DNA of 64,000 nucleotides from Lama glama. Taxonomy: Eukaryota. This document shows, one piece after another, positions 37,930 through 50,160 of this stretch. The stretch is from positions 99,512,001 to 99,576,000 of the forward strand of contig CM052816.1 of NCBI GenBank assembly GCA_028534125.1. Direction: 5' to 3'. Below the pieces are notes generated by a model. The model saw nothing but the letters and a program-made list of their open reading frames with translations. It made no database searches and was not told the DNA's origin. Position numbers and translations under genes: made by a program. Position 1 is the stretch's first letter, and every line of letters starts with the position of its first letter.

Positions 37930-38660
37930 CTCCCAGCTTCTCCTGATCTCCTAAACACCGAGCATGTGGGCGACTTCTTCCTTCCAATTCCTTGATGACC
38001 ACACGCCGCGTTTCCCTCTGCCTCACTGGCAGTTCCTTCCATCCCTGGTGCCCCAGCGCTCCCCGAGTTCTCCTCATTTCTTGCCTTCCTATCCCCCTGG
38101 GAAGCCCCCTCCCCCCAGCCCTGAGCCAGCACCTCTCGACCAGCTGGTCACCGTATCTGCCCTTACTGTGCATCTAAGTCCAGATTCACGTTTCCAAGTC
38201 CTCACCAGGTACTTCCAAGTGATGACCCTTATACCCGGAGCCTAGTCTGCATCCTGTATCTAGGATTTTAATTAATAAAACCACATCCACTTTGTCTCCC
38301 AAGAGATACATTTCAGATCCAAACCTATATCAGGGTCTGTTTCTTATAACTGCATAAATAGCCTGTGTCTCCCAAGACTCTGCACCTGCCGCTTGCTACT
38401 GGCAGGGTCTGGTGTCCCCCACATCCTGCTTTCCGCTCAGCCCTGCAGACCACCACCAGCCTTCAGAAGCCCTTCTACTTCCTTGGTTCTCGGCCCCTTC
38501 TGTTCAGCTTCCTGCTGAGAATCACTGCAGCTCACTTGAATTTTTGATATTAGATCATGTGGGAGCTTTGGTTTTTATATCTATGTATTCAGATTTCCTC
38601 TATAATCTAGTTTCTGGAATCAAAAAGATGATCTCAATATGCTCAGTAAAGTCTAGCTGA
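37930..38660 (+). mobile_element. Degraded L2 LINE fragment(s)
   Basis: C/T-rich L2-like blocks 'tttccctctgcctcactggcagttccttc', 'aagtgatgaccc', 'cacatccactttgtctccc'. Boundaries uncertain. Confidence 0.45.
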
Positions 38661-40117
38661 ATTACTTTTATTAATGGCAATAAGAGCAATGGCAAAGAAA
38701 GGCAATGCAAATGCAATTTAAAAAAGAGAGCTTGCCTTGAATATTCTCCTGACTAATAAAAATTAACATAAAAATTGGATGAGTGGGGTGGTGATTAGAA
38801 TGGCATAAATATACAAAAGAGTAAAAATTCAAGAAACTTAGTAGATACACATTTTTAATTAGCAATAGTTCTCAAGATTGATGAAAATAAAATACATTTA
38901 AGAAATACATATATTCTTAGCTTCCAATCATTGGGAGACAGTATTTCTGTCCCTGAATCAACCACACTGAGGACTGAACCTCTGCAATTGTTTATGTTCT
39001 TAACATTGTAACTGAGAAAAGGGTGAAATAAACTGTTCAGGTGTAAAGAGCATTTGCAAGAGCAGTAGTCTAAACAGTTTGCACTGTGGGGAAGGCACTC
39101 AGCATCCATCTGACTCATGCTAATTGTGTTCAAGACAGGGATGCTTTCCACATTTCAAAAGGGCCAGTCCAGTGAAATAGTCCTTTATTTCTAAATAAAT
39201 TGGCAAGCGACATTACTATGTATGATTGTCAGGACAGAAGCTGAGTTAAACTTGAGGGAAAGTTAATGAATCCTGAAGCGCCGAGTCAGGCCGTCCCGTG
39301 GCTCCATCCGGGGCACTACTGCAACGCTCTGTATTTGGATACATTTTTCCTTTAGAGCAAATCAGAAAAGAATCCCCACAGGGATACTTGGGATCACAAG
39401 AGCGTGCTGACATCACTGGACATCAAGGGACCGGCACAGGCTAGAAGCGGAGGGCCTACAGACCAGCAGAAACAGGTCCCCATGCCCACCTCTGTTTCAT
39501 GCCTCCTACTTGTTCATCCACATCCTGTGATTAACGGGTTGGGTTCTTCCCTCGGTGAATGTACATCTACAGGTCGCTTCTGTGATTGAAATGGCACAGG
39601 CCACTCTGGCTATGTTTGCTCTGATGTTCAGGCTTAGCCCTGAAGAGCCTTTCATGCAGTTGGGAAGATGAGAGGAGGAGCCTCGGGAGGGGCCCGCAAT
39701 GTCCATGGTGGTACCAGCTAAATCGCACTGAAAGTGAAAACCGCATCACGGAAAATGCAGAAGCAATGCAAGCCCAGATGGTCAAGCCCCGCCTTATCGG
39801 CCATGTCCCTAGTGCAGGAATATGGTCGGCGGTAGTTTCTGCCCCAATTCCGGAACGCACAGGACTGCAGACCACAGGACTCCCGCTGCAGCCGCTTCAT
39901 CCCGCGGCTCAGGCACTCCCTCCTCCCGCCTGGACCCCAGCAGCCGTCTGCTGAGGTGACGACGTCTGCAGAACCTCCTGTGGTGGTGGAAACGGTCTCT
40001 TTGTGTCACATCCGGGACAGCAGCCACTGGCCACAGGTGGCTGTGGGGAAAACGGGGAACTAAATGTTTTAAATGAGGGTAGAACATGCATGACTTAGAA
40101 TGTCTCCTTTTCGCCCT

Positions 40118-40502
40118 TTTTAAGTGTACAGTTCAGTGACATTAAGTACTTTGGTCATTTTCATGCAACCATCACCACTACCCATCTCCAGACATGTTTT
40201 CATCTTGTAAAAAACAGGAACTCCGTTCCTATTAAGTGATTAATCTAGGTACCTCATGTAAGTGGAGTTCACGATATGTTTTCTTTTGTGACTGGCTTCT
40301 TCCATTCAGTGTAATGTATATGCTCAGGCTCCATCCATGCTGTAAGGTGTATCAGAATGTCCTTCCTTTTACAGGCTGAATAATATTCCCTTGCACGTCT
40401 ATACTGCATGCACCTGTCTATCCATTCACCTGCTGATGGACACTTGGACTGCTTCCAACTCTTGGCTATTCAAGTAATGCTTCTCTGGTCATGGGGGTAC
40501 AC
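40118..40502 (-). mobile_element. L1MB-like 3' end (antisense)
   Basis: 'tttaagtgtacagttcagtgacattaagtac...caaccatcaccactacccatctccaga', 'ttttgtgactggcttctt', 'ggctgaataatattcc', 'tgatggacacttggactgcttcca' are standard antisense L1M 3' UTR blocks. Confidence 0.85.
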
Positions 40503-40527
40503 GTACACTTTAAAGTCGAAGAACTCC

Positions 40528-40600
40528 ATTTTTAATTTCATTTAACTTACATGAAGTGTAAATAGACATGTGTGGCTAGTAACCACCATGCTGGACAGCA
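40528..40600 (+). mobile_element. MER3/MER33-like hAT terminal fragment
   Basis: 'taaatagacatgtgtggctagtaaccaccatgctggacagca' versus the recalled end AAATAGCCACATGTGGCTAGTGGCTACCGTATTGGACAGC. Confidence 0.6.
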
Positions 40601-42489
40601 ATCTCAGGTGTAGCTGGACCACGGAGCACCTTGGAGTTACAGTTTGGCAGCTCCCATCTCGAGCGTTCCAGAGAGGAACGGACAGCAGGAGCAGTCCAGC
40701 ATCTTGACACGGCTCTGGTCTTCCCCAGTAGTTTGGGTGACTGTACTTTAAGTTGTACTGAAATATTGAGAAAGGATGGAGACGGTGATCACTGTGGGTG
40801 CATCACATCGCTACCCGGTAGGGAGGCTCGCTTCTGTGCTTCACTGCTGCTCCACCTGCATCTTCACTCGGCTCCAGGTCTGTCCTCTTCCTATTGAATG
40901 AAATGCCTGCAACGGCTCCACCATTAGGATCAATGTCCCAGCCACTATGTTGGCAAAAGGGGCAGCAAATCACATCTACGTGGATTGTCAGACTCATTAC
41001 TATAAGCAGATGGCGGCTCATGCACTACAATGGAGGCCTGGAAAGGCCGACGTTATTTCAAATTAAAATCCATAATGCTAACGCCCGTCCCCGAGGCTCT
41101 GTGCAGGCTTGAGCGCGCTCCGCTTCCGCATGATTTGCTGGTGCGCTGTCTGCTCTGGCTGTCTGCACACGAGTGGGGCCAAAAAGGAGGGCTTTTGACT
41201 GAGGATGGTTAACATTTATTCATACAGATTGATAAAAGCTAACATGCAATTTTCTTTACTAGTAACTCCCTAATAGGAATTAATGGACGTTCGAAAGGGA
41301 AATTTCAAGTTCAGGGGACCCAGAAAGAAATCCTCTGACGCAGGAGAAGCAGTGTTGTGGCCCTCGGTCTAACACAACTTCATCAGGTCTGCACAGACAT
41401 CTACTCGCAGCAGCCGCCTTCTCTGAGCATCCTGGGGCAGAAAACATCACCGGCTGGAATTCCTAGAAGAGAGCCTTCGTTGAAAAAAAAAGGATTTCAT
41501 AAGCGGTTCTGGAATTGGTGCTTTCGAACTGAGAAAATACGGAGAAAAGTCTGTTTGAAGTGATTGTGGCTGCCTTGTAACTCCTCTATGAAAAGCGACA
41601 TTCTACGTTTCCAAAGGCTGTATTTTTTAAAACCAGAGACCCATCCGGACCAGTTATCTTTCTCTTAGAAACTGGTACATGAATTCTATGTACGAGGCAT
41701 TTGAACAGATGAACATTTAATGATTGATGTGTTCTGTTGTTGTTGTTCAAGATTTGGATTTTCCAGTTGTTTCCCCAGCGTGTTCTAAGATTTGTAATAA
41801 AGTTAAAACATGTCTAGAAGCCGCATAGTGCACTGAATGCTCAGAGAGAAAAACTGGTTTTATTTTATTTTTTTCATATTCAAGGAGGTGACTTAATTGC
41901 TATAAAGCAAAGCCCTTTGAATTCATTTATAACTAAAACCAGAAATATTTTCTTAATGGACTGAAAACTATATTTTAGACAGAATAAGAGCTTTTTTTTT
42001 TCCTAGCACAGAAATGAGTCCTTAAAAATGAAAAAAAGGAAATGTGTAAGACATACTTTATTAACTGGAATGGTAAGAAGGTGGTAGAATTATGAGCCTG
42101 AAGTGACATTTACACTGAAAAGATTTCAATTAATCTTTTTTTTTTTTAATTTTCTCTACCAAGTCAGGTCAGAACCAAAGATTCAACCCATGGGGAGAGT
42201 TTACTCAAAGATGCTCATAAGATAAGCTAGCCTGTCTCTATTCCTATTAAAAAGGGTTAATTATACACCCCATCCAATAAAACCAAGTGAGGTAATGTCT
42301 TGTTTATCCAATAATCCGAATGTTGGCAAGCCAGTTACAAAGAACACAGCTACAAAACCTCAAAGAGGTAAGGCTGGCCTCAAGTCTGCACGGAGACCAA
42401 CGTTAACCAAGTCCCTGCACGTAACCCTGCAAAAAGAATAAAGCGTGGGAGTTCAGAGAATAAAGGACTTCAGGGATCACTGACCTCAA

Positions 42490-42545
42490 GCCTCTAATTT
42501 TACAGATGAGAAAACTGGGGCTGAGGAATGTTCCATGGATTACTG
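42490..42545 (-). mobile_element. MIR core fragment
   Basis: 'attttacagatgagaaaactggggctgag' is the reverse MIR core. Confidence 0.7.
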
Positions 42546-42591
42546 AACAGCACACCCTCGATGGTTTGGGTCACGTGGAACAGCCCAAGTG

Positions 42592-43091
42592 NNNNNNNNN
42601 NNNNNNNNNNNNNNNNNNNNNNNNNNNNNNNNNNNNNNNNNNNNNNNNNNNNNNNNNNNNNNNNNNNNNNNNNNNNNNNNNNNNNNNNNNNNNNNNNNNN
42701 NNNNNNNNNNNNNNNNNNNNNNNNNNNNNNNNNNNNNNNNNNNNNNNNNNNNNNNNNNNNNNNNNNNNNNNNNNNNNNNNNNNNNNNNNNNNNNNNNNNN
42801 NNNNNNNNNNNNNNNNNNNNNNNNNNNNNNNNNNNNNNNNNNNNNNNNNNNNNNNNNNNNNNNNNNNNNNNNNNNNNNNNNNNNNNNNNNNNNNNNNNNN
42901 NNNNNNNNNNNNNNNNNNNNNNNNNNNNNNNNNNNNNNNNNNNNNNNNNNNNNNNNNNNNNNNNNNNNNNNNNNNNNNNNNNNNNNNNNNNNNNNNNNNN
43001 NNNNNNNNNNNNNNNNNNNNNNNNNNNNNNNNNNNNNNNNNNNNNNNNNNNNNNNNNNNNNNNNNNNNNNNNNNNNNNNNNNNNNNNNNNN
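42592..43091. other. Assembly gap (exactly 500 N)
   Basis: Run of n read directly. Confidence 1.
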
Positions 43092-44129
43092 CTGTGTTTT
43101 CACGAACTAGAGACGCCTTCCCTCTGCTCCTCATTCCCTTCAAAACTCCTGACGTTTCTCCCCATTTAATTTGACAAACGCTTCTGCCTGGTGCAAGGCC
43201 ATTAGGAAAGGACCTGCCAGTGCTTCTCCTTGTGGGTCTGTCGTCCAGTCAGACCCAGACGCCGGGGCTCTGGTGACAAGCAAAGTAAGGCTGGGTGTCC
43301 AACACGCTCTTTTCACCCTTATCTTAAAAAATCCAAATAAATCATTACCTGACTGCGATTAAATGGAAAATGTCCACAATAAGGAATCAGAGGAGAATGA
43401 AGAAAAGTCTTTCAAGTATCCTGAGCTTTAAGAAGAGGAAGTGGGGCCAGAGGATTTAAATTCATCTCGTAGATTTAGGTGCTTTCTCTCTTCAATTTCT
43501 TTTAAGATAAAAAGTTATAAAATACAAAAACCTCTCGTATTATAGAAATAATTGGGACTAGGCTTTCGATGAACAAGTCATGAATGAATGAAGTATAGAA
43601 TTCTTTATGTGATCTTTAATCATTAATATGATTCTTAATATCAACATTAATCTGATCATTAATAAACCTTTACATGGCTCCTCATGGCCTCACACACCTA
43701 GAAAAAACACTGCTTGCTAATGATTTTAATTGTCAGTTTAGTGGGTCATCCACATTTGTACAAAAACAAAAAACAAAAAAAAACAAAGCAACAGAGAAGA
43801 GGAGTGTGGGACAACACTAAACATTTTGGATACTTGAAAGCAGCAGAGGGGTCCCGCCTGTCCCTAGGAACGGGACCCCACAGAGGTGGGTGGTTCCCAG
43901 TGATGCAGTCAGGAGACCTCGCTCCCTGGAAGGCAGCACACCTGTTACTTGCCACAAAGAACTCAGAATAAAAAGTGAACACAGCAGGCAAGCCTTCTAG
44001 GAAAGGCAAACATCACCGAAGCTTTTTCCTTACGTCAGCTCCCTACAAATGAGACGCCTCGGATGACTCACACATCCTTCCTGAAGCCAGCGTGATTCTT
44101 CCAAGAACACTCTCAGGTCCTGCAAAGGC

Positions 44130-44465
44130 AACATATCAAAATGCCAGGCTTCCCTACCCTCATCTACCTCAACCTACCTCATCCCCAAACTCTGGCTCTT
44201 CCTAGACTCAGAGGAAGCCCACACACCTCCCTCTCTCTCAACCTCAGCACCCACTGGTCAACGGAATCGCTCTGTTCTCCGTTCCCACAGAGCAGAGCCA
44301 CTCCCCGCCTCCCTTCCTGACCTCCAGTCTCTGCTCCTAACCACCCACTCTCAGTCTGTGTCTGGAGCACTCATTCTACAGAGCGAATTTGTTCAAGTTC
44401 CTCCTGTGCTTAAAACTGACTTTAAGCAACTGCCCAAGTACCATCAAAACAAGATGCAACCTCTG
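44130..44465 (+). mobile_element. L2 fragment
   Basis: 'cctccctctctctcaacctcagcacccactggtcaac', 'cctccagtctctgctcc', 'ctcctgtgcttaaaac' are L2-like. Confidence 0.5.
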
Positions 44466-44468
44466 TCC

Positions 44469-44637
44469 TAGTGCATCTCAGCCTCGGCTTCACCTTAGCA
44501 TCACAGGACATTTTTAACATATGTGGATGCCTCGGCTACACCCAGATCAGCTAAACCAGAATAAGTGAGAACGGAGAAGCAGAATTTTCTGCTTCCCAGA
44601 CAATTCCAGGGTGCAGCTAAGGTTTTGAAAGCCAATC
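44469..44637. mobile_element. MER5A-like hAT-Charlie MITE
   Basis: 'agtgcatctcagcctcggcttcaccttagcatcac...atgcctcggctacacccaga...gtgcagctaaggttttgaaagcca' follows the MER5A layout. Confidence 0.6.
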
Positions 44638-44924
44638 CTGCTTCAGCTTTCCTGACAGTCCGTTGGGGAAATGAGCTTAACCACTGAAAGACACATCTCT
44701 GTCAGTGTGAGGACCTTTCATCCTTCCTCCCTTGCCTCCATCCTTTGGTACCAGAAGTTCATTGATTTTATTGAATTGTTTGCTTATTTACCTAATTATT
44801 TTATTTTACTGGATCTCAGATGCGAAAAATCGGATGACGCATAACCTGTGTTTTTGACTCATTCTCATTGATCTACGCTGGCTGCTTTTATTAAGCAATT
44901 GTGTTAGTTTTTTTTTCAATAATG

Positions 44925-46690
44925 TAACTAGTTCTCATGCACCCACTCTCAAAAAGCAGGTGTGATGCTAACAATAACTTACATTAACTGTAATCTCCAC
45001 TCCATCCTTTTCCTCTGCCTTCCTCTACCCCTAACAATAATCATCTTTTATCCTATGTTCATTATTTTCTGGCTTTTCTTCAAGTTTCATGGCAGACATA
45101 TATATTCTTAAAGTTATGATGTAGGTATAGATATAGAAATCATTTTCTGAGTTATCAAAAACATTTTGCTAAGTGAATCTTTATTACCAGAGAGACAGAG
45201 AAAAAGAGACAGAAAGAGAGAGACAGAGACAAAGAGAAACAGAGAGAGACAAAGATTCATTTTAATGAACTCCCATGGGATTGTGGGGGCTGGTAAGTCT
45301 GAAGTCCGTGTGGTAGGCGGGCAGATTAACAATTCAGCTGAGAGTTGATGGTTTAGTCTTGAGTCTTAATTCTTCAGGCCAGCAGGTTGGAAACTCAAGC
45401 AAGGTGTTTGTGTTACAGTCCTAAAGAGAAACCTGTCTTTGCTCTTAAGCTCTTCAACTGATTGGACAGGGCCCACCCACATCATGGAGGCTGATCTTCC
45501 TTACTCAAAGCCTATTAACTTAAATATTCATCACATCTATGAAGTATCTTCACTGCAAACCTAGACTAGGGTTTGACTAAATATTAGGGCACCACAGTCT
45601 AGGCAAGTTGGAACATAAAACTATCCATCAAACAATGTGCTGGGATTTAAATTCACCCACCTTGTGTGTCACTGTATTCATTGTTTTTGATCACTATCAG
45701 CTAGCCCACTAAGAGAATGCAACCTGATTTACCTGTTGATTCTGCAATTGATGGGTGTTCGGGTGGTTTCCAGGTTTCTGCTGCTCTGAGCAGGGTTGTT
45801 GTAGACAGTATTGCCCACACCTCTCTGGTGCAAGAGCTCCCTTGGATGTGCCCCTGGGAGTGGGTCACTGGCCATCGCTATGTGAGTGGTCAGCCTGCGG
45901 GGATTTTGTCCAGTTTCTTTTCCAAAAGTTTGCTGTAATTATTGGTCACATTAAGAAATTCTCTTAATTTATTTATTCTTGGAAACTTCCAAGATACTTC
46001 TGGGAGACTTCTTAATTTTCAGGAGTAAAATAGGTTTAAAAGTTATTTCATCAAAGTCTTGGCTTGTATTTTCCTGTCATCAATGTTAAAATTCCCTTAA
46101 TATGTTTATTGGTTATTTGCTTTTCTCTTCTGTAAAGTACTTGTTCATATATTTTGCCCATTTTTAATTGGATTGTTTATACTTTTATTAATTTGCAGGC
46201 CTTTTTATATATTCTTAATTACAAAATTTTACTCATTAAGTATACTGCAAATATCTTCTTAAAATGTGTAACTTTTTTCATTTTGATTAAGATGTGTTTT
46301 AGTATACAAAATTCTTCATTGTTATATGGTAAATTTACTAATCTTTTCTTTTGTAGTTACTACTTTTGTGCATTGTTTAAGAAATATTTTCCAACATCAA
46401 GTTTTAAGAGCTATCAACCTATATTTTTTTTACTGAATTTTAAACTTTTCTTTTTTTTTAATATGTAAGTTATTAATCTATCCAATGTTATTTTTTATGT
46501 AAGATAGGATGTAGGAATCAAATCTTTTTTTCTTTATGGAAATCAATTTTTTCAGCTCCATTTGTTGAGTAATTCTCTTTTTTCCCACCTACCCATCAAG
46601 CCGTCTGTCACAGAATAAGAGTCCATACATGCACTGTTCTGTTTTGATCTCTTTTTTTCTGTTGTGTTGGTGAACTGGTCGTGTGCTTGC
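44925..46690 (-). mobile_element. Old L1ME-like element (antisense 3' UTR and ORF2 end), interrupted by an MLT2 LTR
   Basis: Antisense L1 blocks 'ttgatgggtgttcgggtggtttccagg', 'atatgtttattggttatttgc', 'ttttgcccatttttaattggattgttt', 'ttgtttaagaaatattttccaac', 'cagctccatttgttga'. Confidence 0.75.
45178..45632 (-). mobile_element. MLT2 (ERVL) solo LTR with internal (GA/GACA)n tract at ~45190-45250
   Basis: 'gattgtgggggctggtaagtctgaa', 'tcttcaactgattggacagggcccacccacatcatggagg', and 'ctaggcaagttggaacataaaactatccatca' (reverse of the MLT2 start TGTGATGGTTAATTTTATGTGTCAACTTG). Confidence 0.85.
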
Positions 46691-47049
46691 TGCATCAGTT
46701 GAGATATTCAATTCTGCCACTGATGAAGGAGAAAGAAGTCAATAGAATGATTAGAACAATTCAAAGGATGTGTAAGGGTTAGATCTGCGTACTTAGTAGT
46801 CTGTATGGTAGAGCTTTTCTTAACTAGAATATAAATAGAACATATGTGTTGAACATAGTTTTTTTTCTTTTTTTAAGATGAGGGTAGGAAGACTGTAGGT
46901 CGAAGAAAGGGATGGAAGAACCAAGTTCACATTAATCAACCATAAAACACGGACCTGCCACCTCCAGATCAACGGGTACATTGCGCACTTGGTGAGAGCG
47001 ATGCTGGCCCAGTGTTTCTGCTGACACTCAGCTGTGAGAAGTCAATTGT

Positions 47050-47925
47050 ACAACCGGACATGTGCACACAAAAAATGACTTTAGTCACAGACCTTACACA
47101 CTTGGCAAAAATCAATTCAAAATGGATCATAGACTTAAACGTAAAATGCAAAGCTGTGAACCCCTAGAAGATAACATGGGAGAAAACCTCGATGACCTTG
47201 AGTGTGGTGATGGCTTTTCAGATGAAACATGAAAGGCACCATCCATGAGAGAAATGATTGATAAGCTGAACTTAACTAAAATTTAAAATGTCTGTTCTAC
47301 AAAAGATAATGTCAGGAGAATGAGAAGATAAGCCACAGATTTGGAGAAATTATTTGCAAGAAATAAAAGACCTTAATGGACACCCCACGAAAAAATACGC
47401 AAATAACAAATAAACGTATGAAAAAATGTCCCACGGCATGTAGACTCAAGGAAATGAAAATTTAAAACAACAATGTGACACCACTACACTACACTGCACT
47501 ACAATCTAGAACGCTGACAACACCAAACGATGAAGAGGAAGTGGAGAAACCAGGGCTCCCATTCTATGCTAATAAAAATGAAAAACAGCACAGTCACATT
47601 GGAAGACAGTTCGGTGATTTCTCACAAAACTTAACATATTCTTATACAGTCCAGCAATCACACTTCTTACCATTTCCCCAAAGGAACGGAAAATGTAGGT
47701 CCACACAAAATCCTGCACATACATCTTTATAGCAGCTTTAATCATAATTATTGCCAAACTTTGAAGCAACCAAGATGCGATTAGTAGGTAAATGAGCAAA
47801 AGAAGAATCTTAAGAACTTAGAAACTAAGTAACAGAAGTCAATGTGACAAAATTACATGCTGCATGATTCCAACTATATTATATTTTGGGAAAGTCAAAA
47901 CTATTGAGACAGTAAAAGGATCAGC
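47050..47925 (+). mobile_element. L1MC-like fragment (ORF2 C-terminal region to start of 3' UTR), sense
   Basis: 'cacagaccttacac...aaaatcaattcaaaatggatcatagacttaaacgtaaaatgcaaa', 'gaatgagaagataagccacaga', 'caaccaagatg', 'aaaactattgagacagtaaaaggatcag'. Confidence 0.88.
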
Positions 47926-47929
47926 TCTG

Positions 47930-49375
47930 AATTTCTCATTAAATATGATGTTATCTATAGGTTTTTAGTAGATATTCTTTATCAATTTGGGGAAGTTCCC
48001 TTGTATTTCTAGTTGCATAGAATTTTTATCATGAATGGATAATTAATGATACACTAATTGATTTTCCAGTGTTGAACCGACTTTGTGCACCTGGATAAAG
48101 TTCACTTGGTTGTGGTGTGTGATTATTTTTATACCATTTGGGTTCAATTAACTAGTACTGTGCTTAGGCTTCTGCATCAAAATTTATGAGATGCATTGTT
48201 TTGTCGTTTTCTTTTCTGCAATGTGTCTGTTTCTGGTGTTAAGATAATTCTGGCCTCAGAATGAATTAGGAAGTTTTCTCTCTGCTTCTATCATCTGAAA
48301 GAGATTACGAAGAACTGGTGCAAGTTTTCTTTAACTATTTGGCAGAATTTACCAGAGAACCCATCTAGGCTACGTGCTTTCTGTTTTTTAAGGTAATTAT
48401 TACTGATTGCTCCTCTTTCATAGATTTAGTCCTGTTCAGATTGTCTATTTCTTCTTGTGTGAGTTTTGGCAAACTATGTCTTTCAAAGATGGGGCCCAGA
48501 GTTGTTCACAGCGTTTCCTTGTTATCCTTTAAATATCTGTAGGATCTGTAGTCATGTCCTCTGTTCCATTTCTGACATTAAAAATGTGTCCTCTCTTTTA
48601 TTCTTAGTTTAAGCCAGAGGCTTATTGAATTTACTGACCTGTTCAAAAAATAGCTTTGGCTTTGTTGATTTACTCTGCTGGTTTTCAATTTCATTGATTT
48701 ATGCTCTAATAGTTGTTAGTCCTTTTGTTCTGCCTGCTTTGGACTTCATCTGCTCTCTTTTCTTCTAGCTTCCTACAGTGGGAAGTCAGGTTGCTGATGT
48801 TAGAGCTGTCATCTCTTCTGATACATACGTCCAATGCTGTGTGACTGGCCAATGCTTTTTTTTTTTTAATTGAGGTAGACTCAGTTTACAGTGCTGTGAC
48901 GTTCAGGGCTTTCCAGCTGACTTTCCCTCAAATCACTGCTTTTGCTACTTTGGCTGCATTTCACAAAGTTTGATAAACTGTATTTTTATTTTTATGTAGC
49001 TTGAAGTATTTCTGAATGAATCATGAAAGTTCTTTTTTGGTTTATGTGTCATCTTAGACGCGTGCTGTTTAAGCTCCATAACTTGGGGTGCTCTAGTTAG
49101 TTATCTTTCTGTTGTTGATTCCTAGTTTAATCCATTGTGGTCTGATTTCTATTCTTGAAAGAATAATAGAATAACAAATTTAAAAATTTGTTAAGGTGTG
49201 TTTTAAGGCCCAGAATGTGGTCTGTCTCATCTGTCTCGGGAAATGTTCCATGAGCGCTCAAGAAGAATGTGTGCCCCACTGTTGTTGGATGAAGAAGTCT
49301 ACAAATGCCAATTACAGCCAATAGATTCTGATGGTGTTGTTGGATTCAACTATGTCATTGATTTTCTGACTTTTG
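47930..49375 (-). mobile_element. L1M(C)-like ORF2 fragment (endonuclease end to RT), antisense
   Basis: Minus-strand ORF 49127-49321 (ICRLLHPTTVGHTFFLSAHGTF..TDHILGLKTHLNKF) matches the L1 endonuclease motif DIYRTLHP..EYTFFSSAHGTFSKIDHILGHK. The RT-region motif KP(T/I).NII lies near 47935-47965. A tiny young L1 tail is inserted at ~48856-48905. Confidence 0.9.
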
Positions 49376-49949
49376 GTGAAGATTTTTAAGCATCATTTAA
49401 ATTTATTTAATATTTATGCTACATTTTAAGAATGCTGCTTTGTCTTGATCAGTTTATAATTTTGAGAAGCTTATAAATTATTAGTATAATTTATAAGTTG
49501 TAGAAGTTTATCAATTTTATAACAGCCAATCCATTAATCTAAATCTTCAAAATTATTAGCATACAATTGATATCTTCCCCCAAATAAGCCTTTTATCTTC
49601 TCTTTCATTCTACTGTAATCTGTTGATGGCAGTGAATTCTTAATTTTATATGTAACTAATTTTCAAGACATTTCCATACTGTAACGAGTATATAACTAGA
49701 TTTTAGTTATAACATTTCTCAGCACATGAAAGCCTGTCTATATAATTTTATAAATTCGAGCACCTATGCTATAACAGTTTCTTGTTAAAGTATTTGCAAA
49801 TCTAAATCCAAGGGAAATTTTTATTAAAGTATTGAATTTAAGCCAAAAGAAATATTCCATGAGGAGATAGTTCAGCCGGTATTTTTATTGTAACATTCCC
49901 TACTTCTTTTCTGTATCTGGATGAGTAAAGAAAGCTTTGTCTATTACAG

Positions 49950-50160
49950 TATTAAAATATTTTATTCACTGGTAGCATAAAATAGATTTTTGAGTTGATC
50001 TCACGTTATCTCACAGACGCTTTATTATTATTTTGCTCTGATCATGATGGAGTTATGAAGAGATCGATTTTATATTAAATTATGCTACCTGGTGTCCTTA
50101 GTAAATTCATACTCTTTTGAATTCAGTTTTCCCTGTAGTATGATCGTTTCTCCACTGGGA
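49950..50160 (-). mobile_element. Old L1 ORF2 remnant (antisense)
   Basis: 'gatcgatttttatattaaattatgctacctggtgtccttagtaaattcat...ttttccctgtagtatgatcg' resembles antisense L1 RT region. Confidence 0.4.

Noticed and set aside
42506..43174. Long poly-X ORFs
   Set aside because: Artefacts of translating the N gap.
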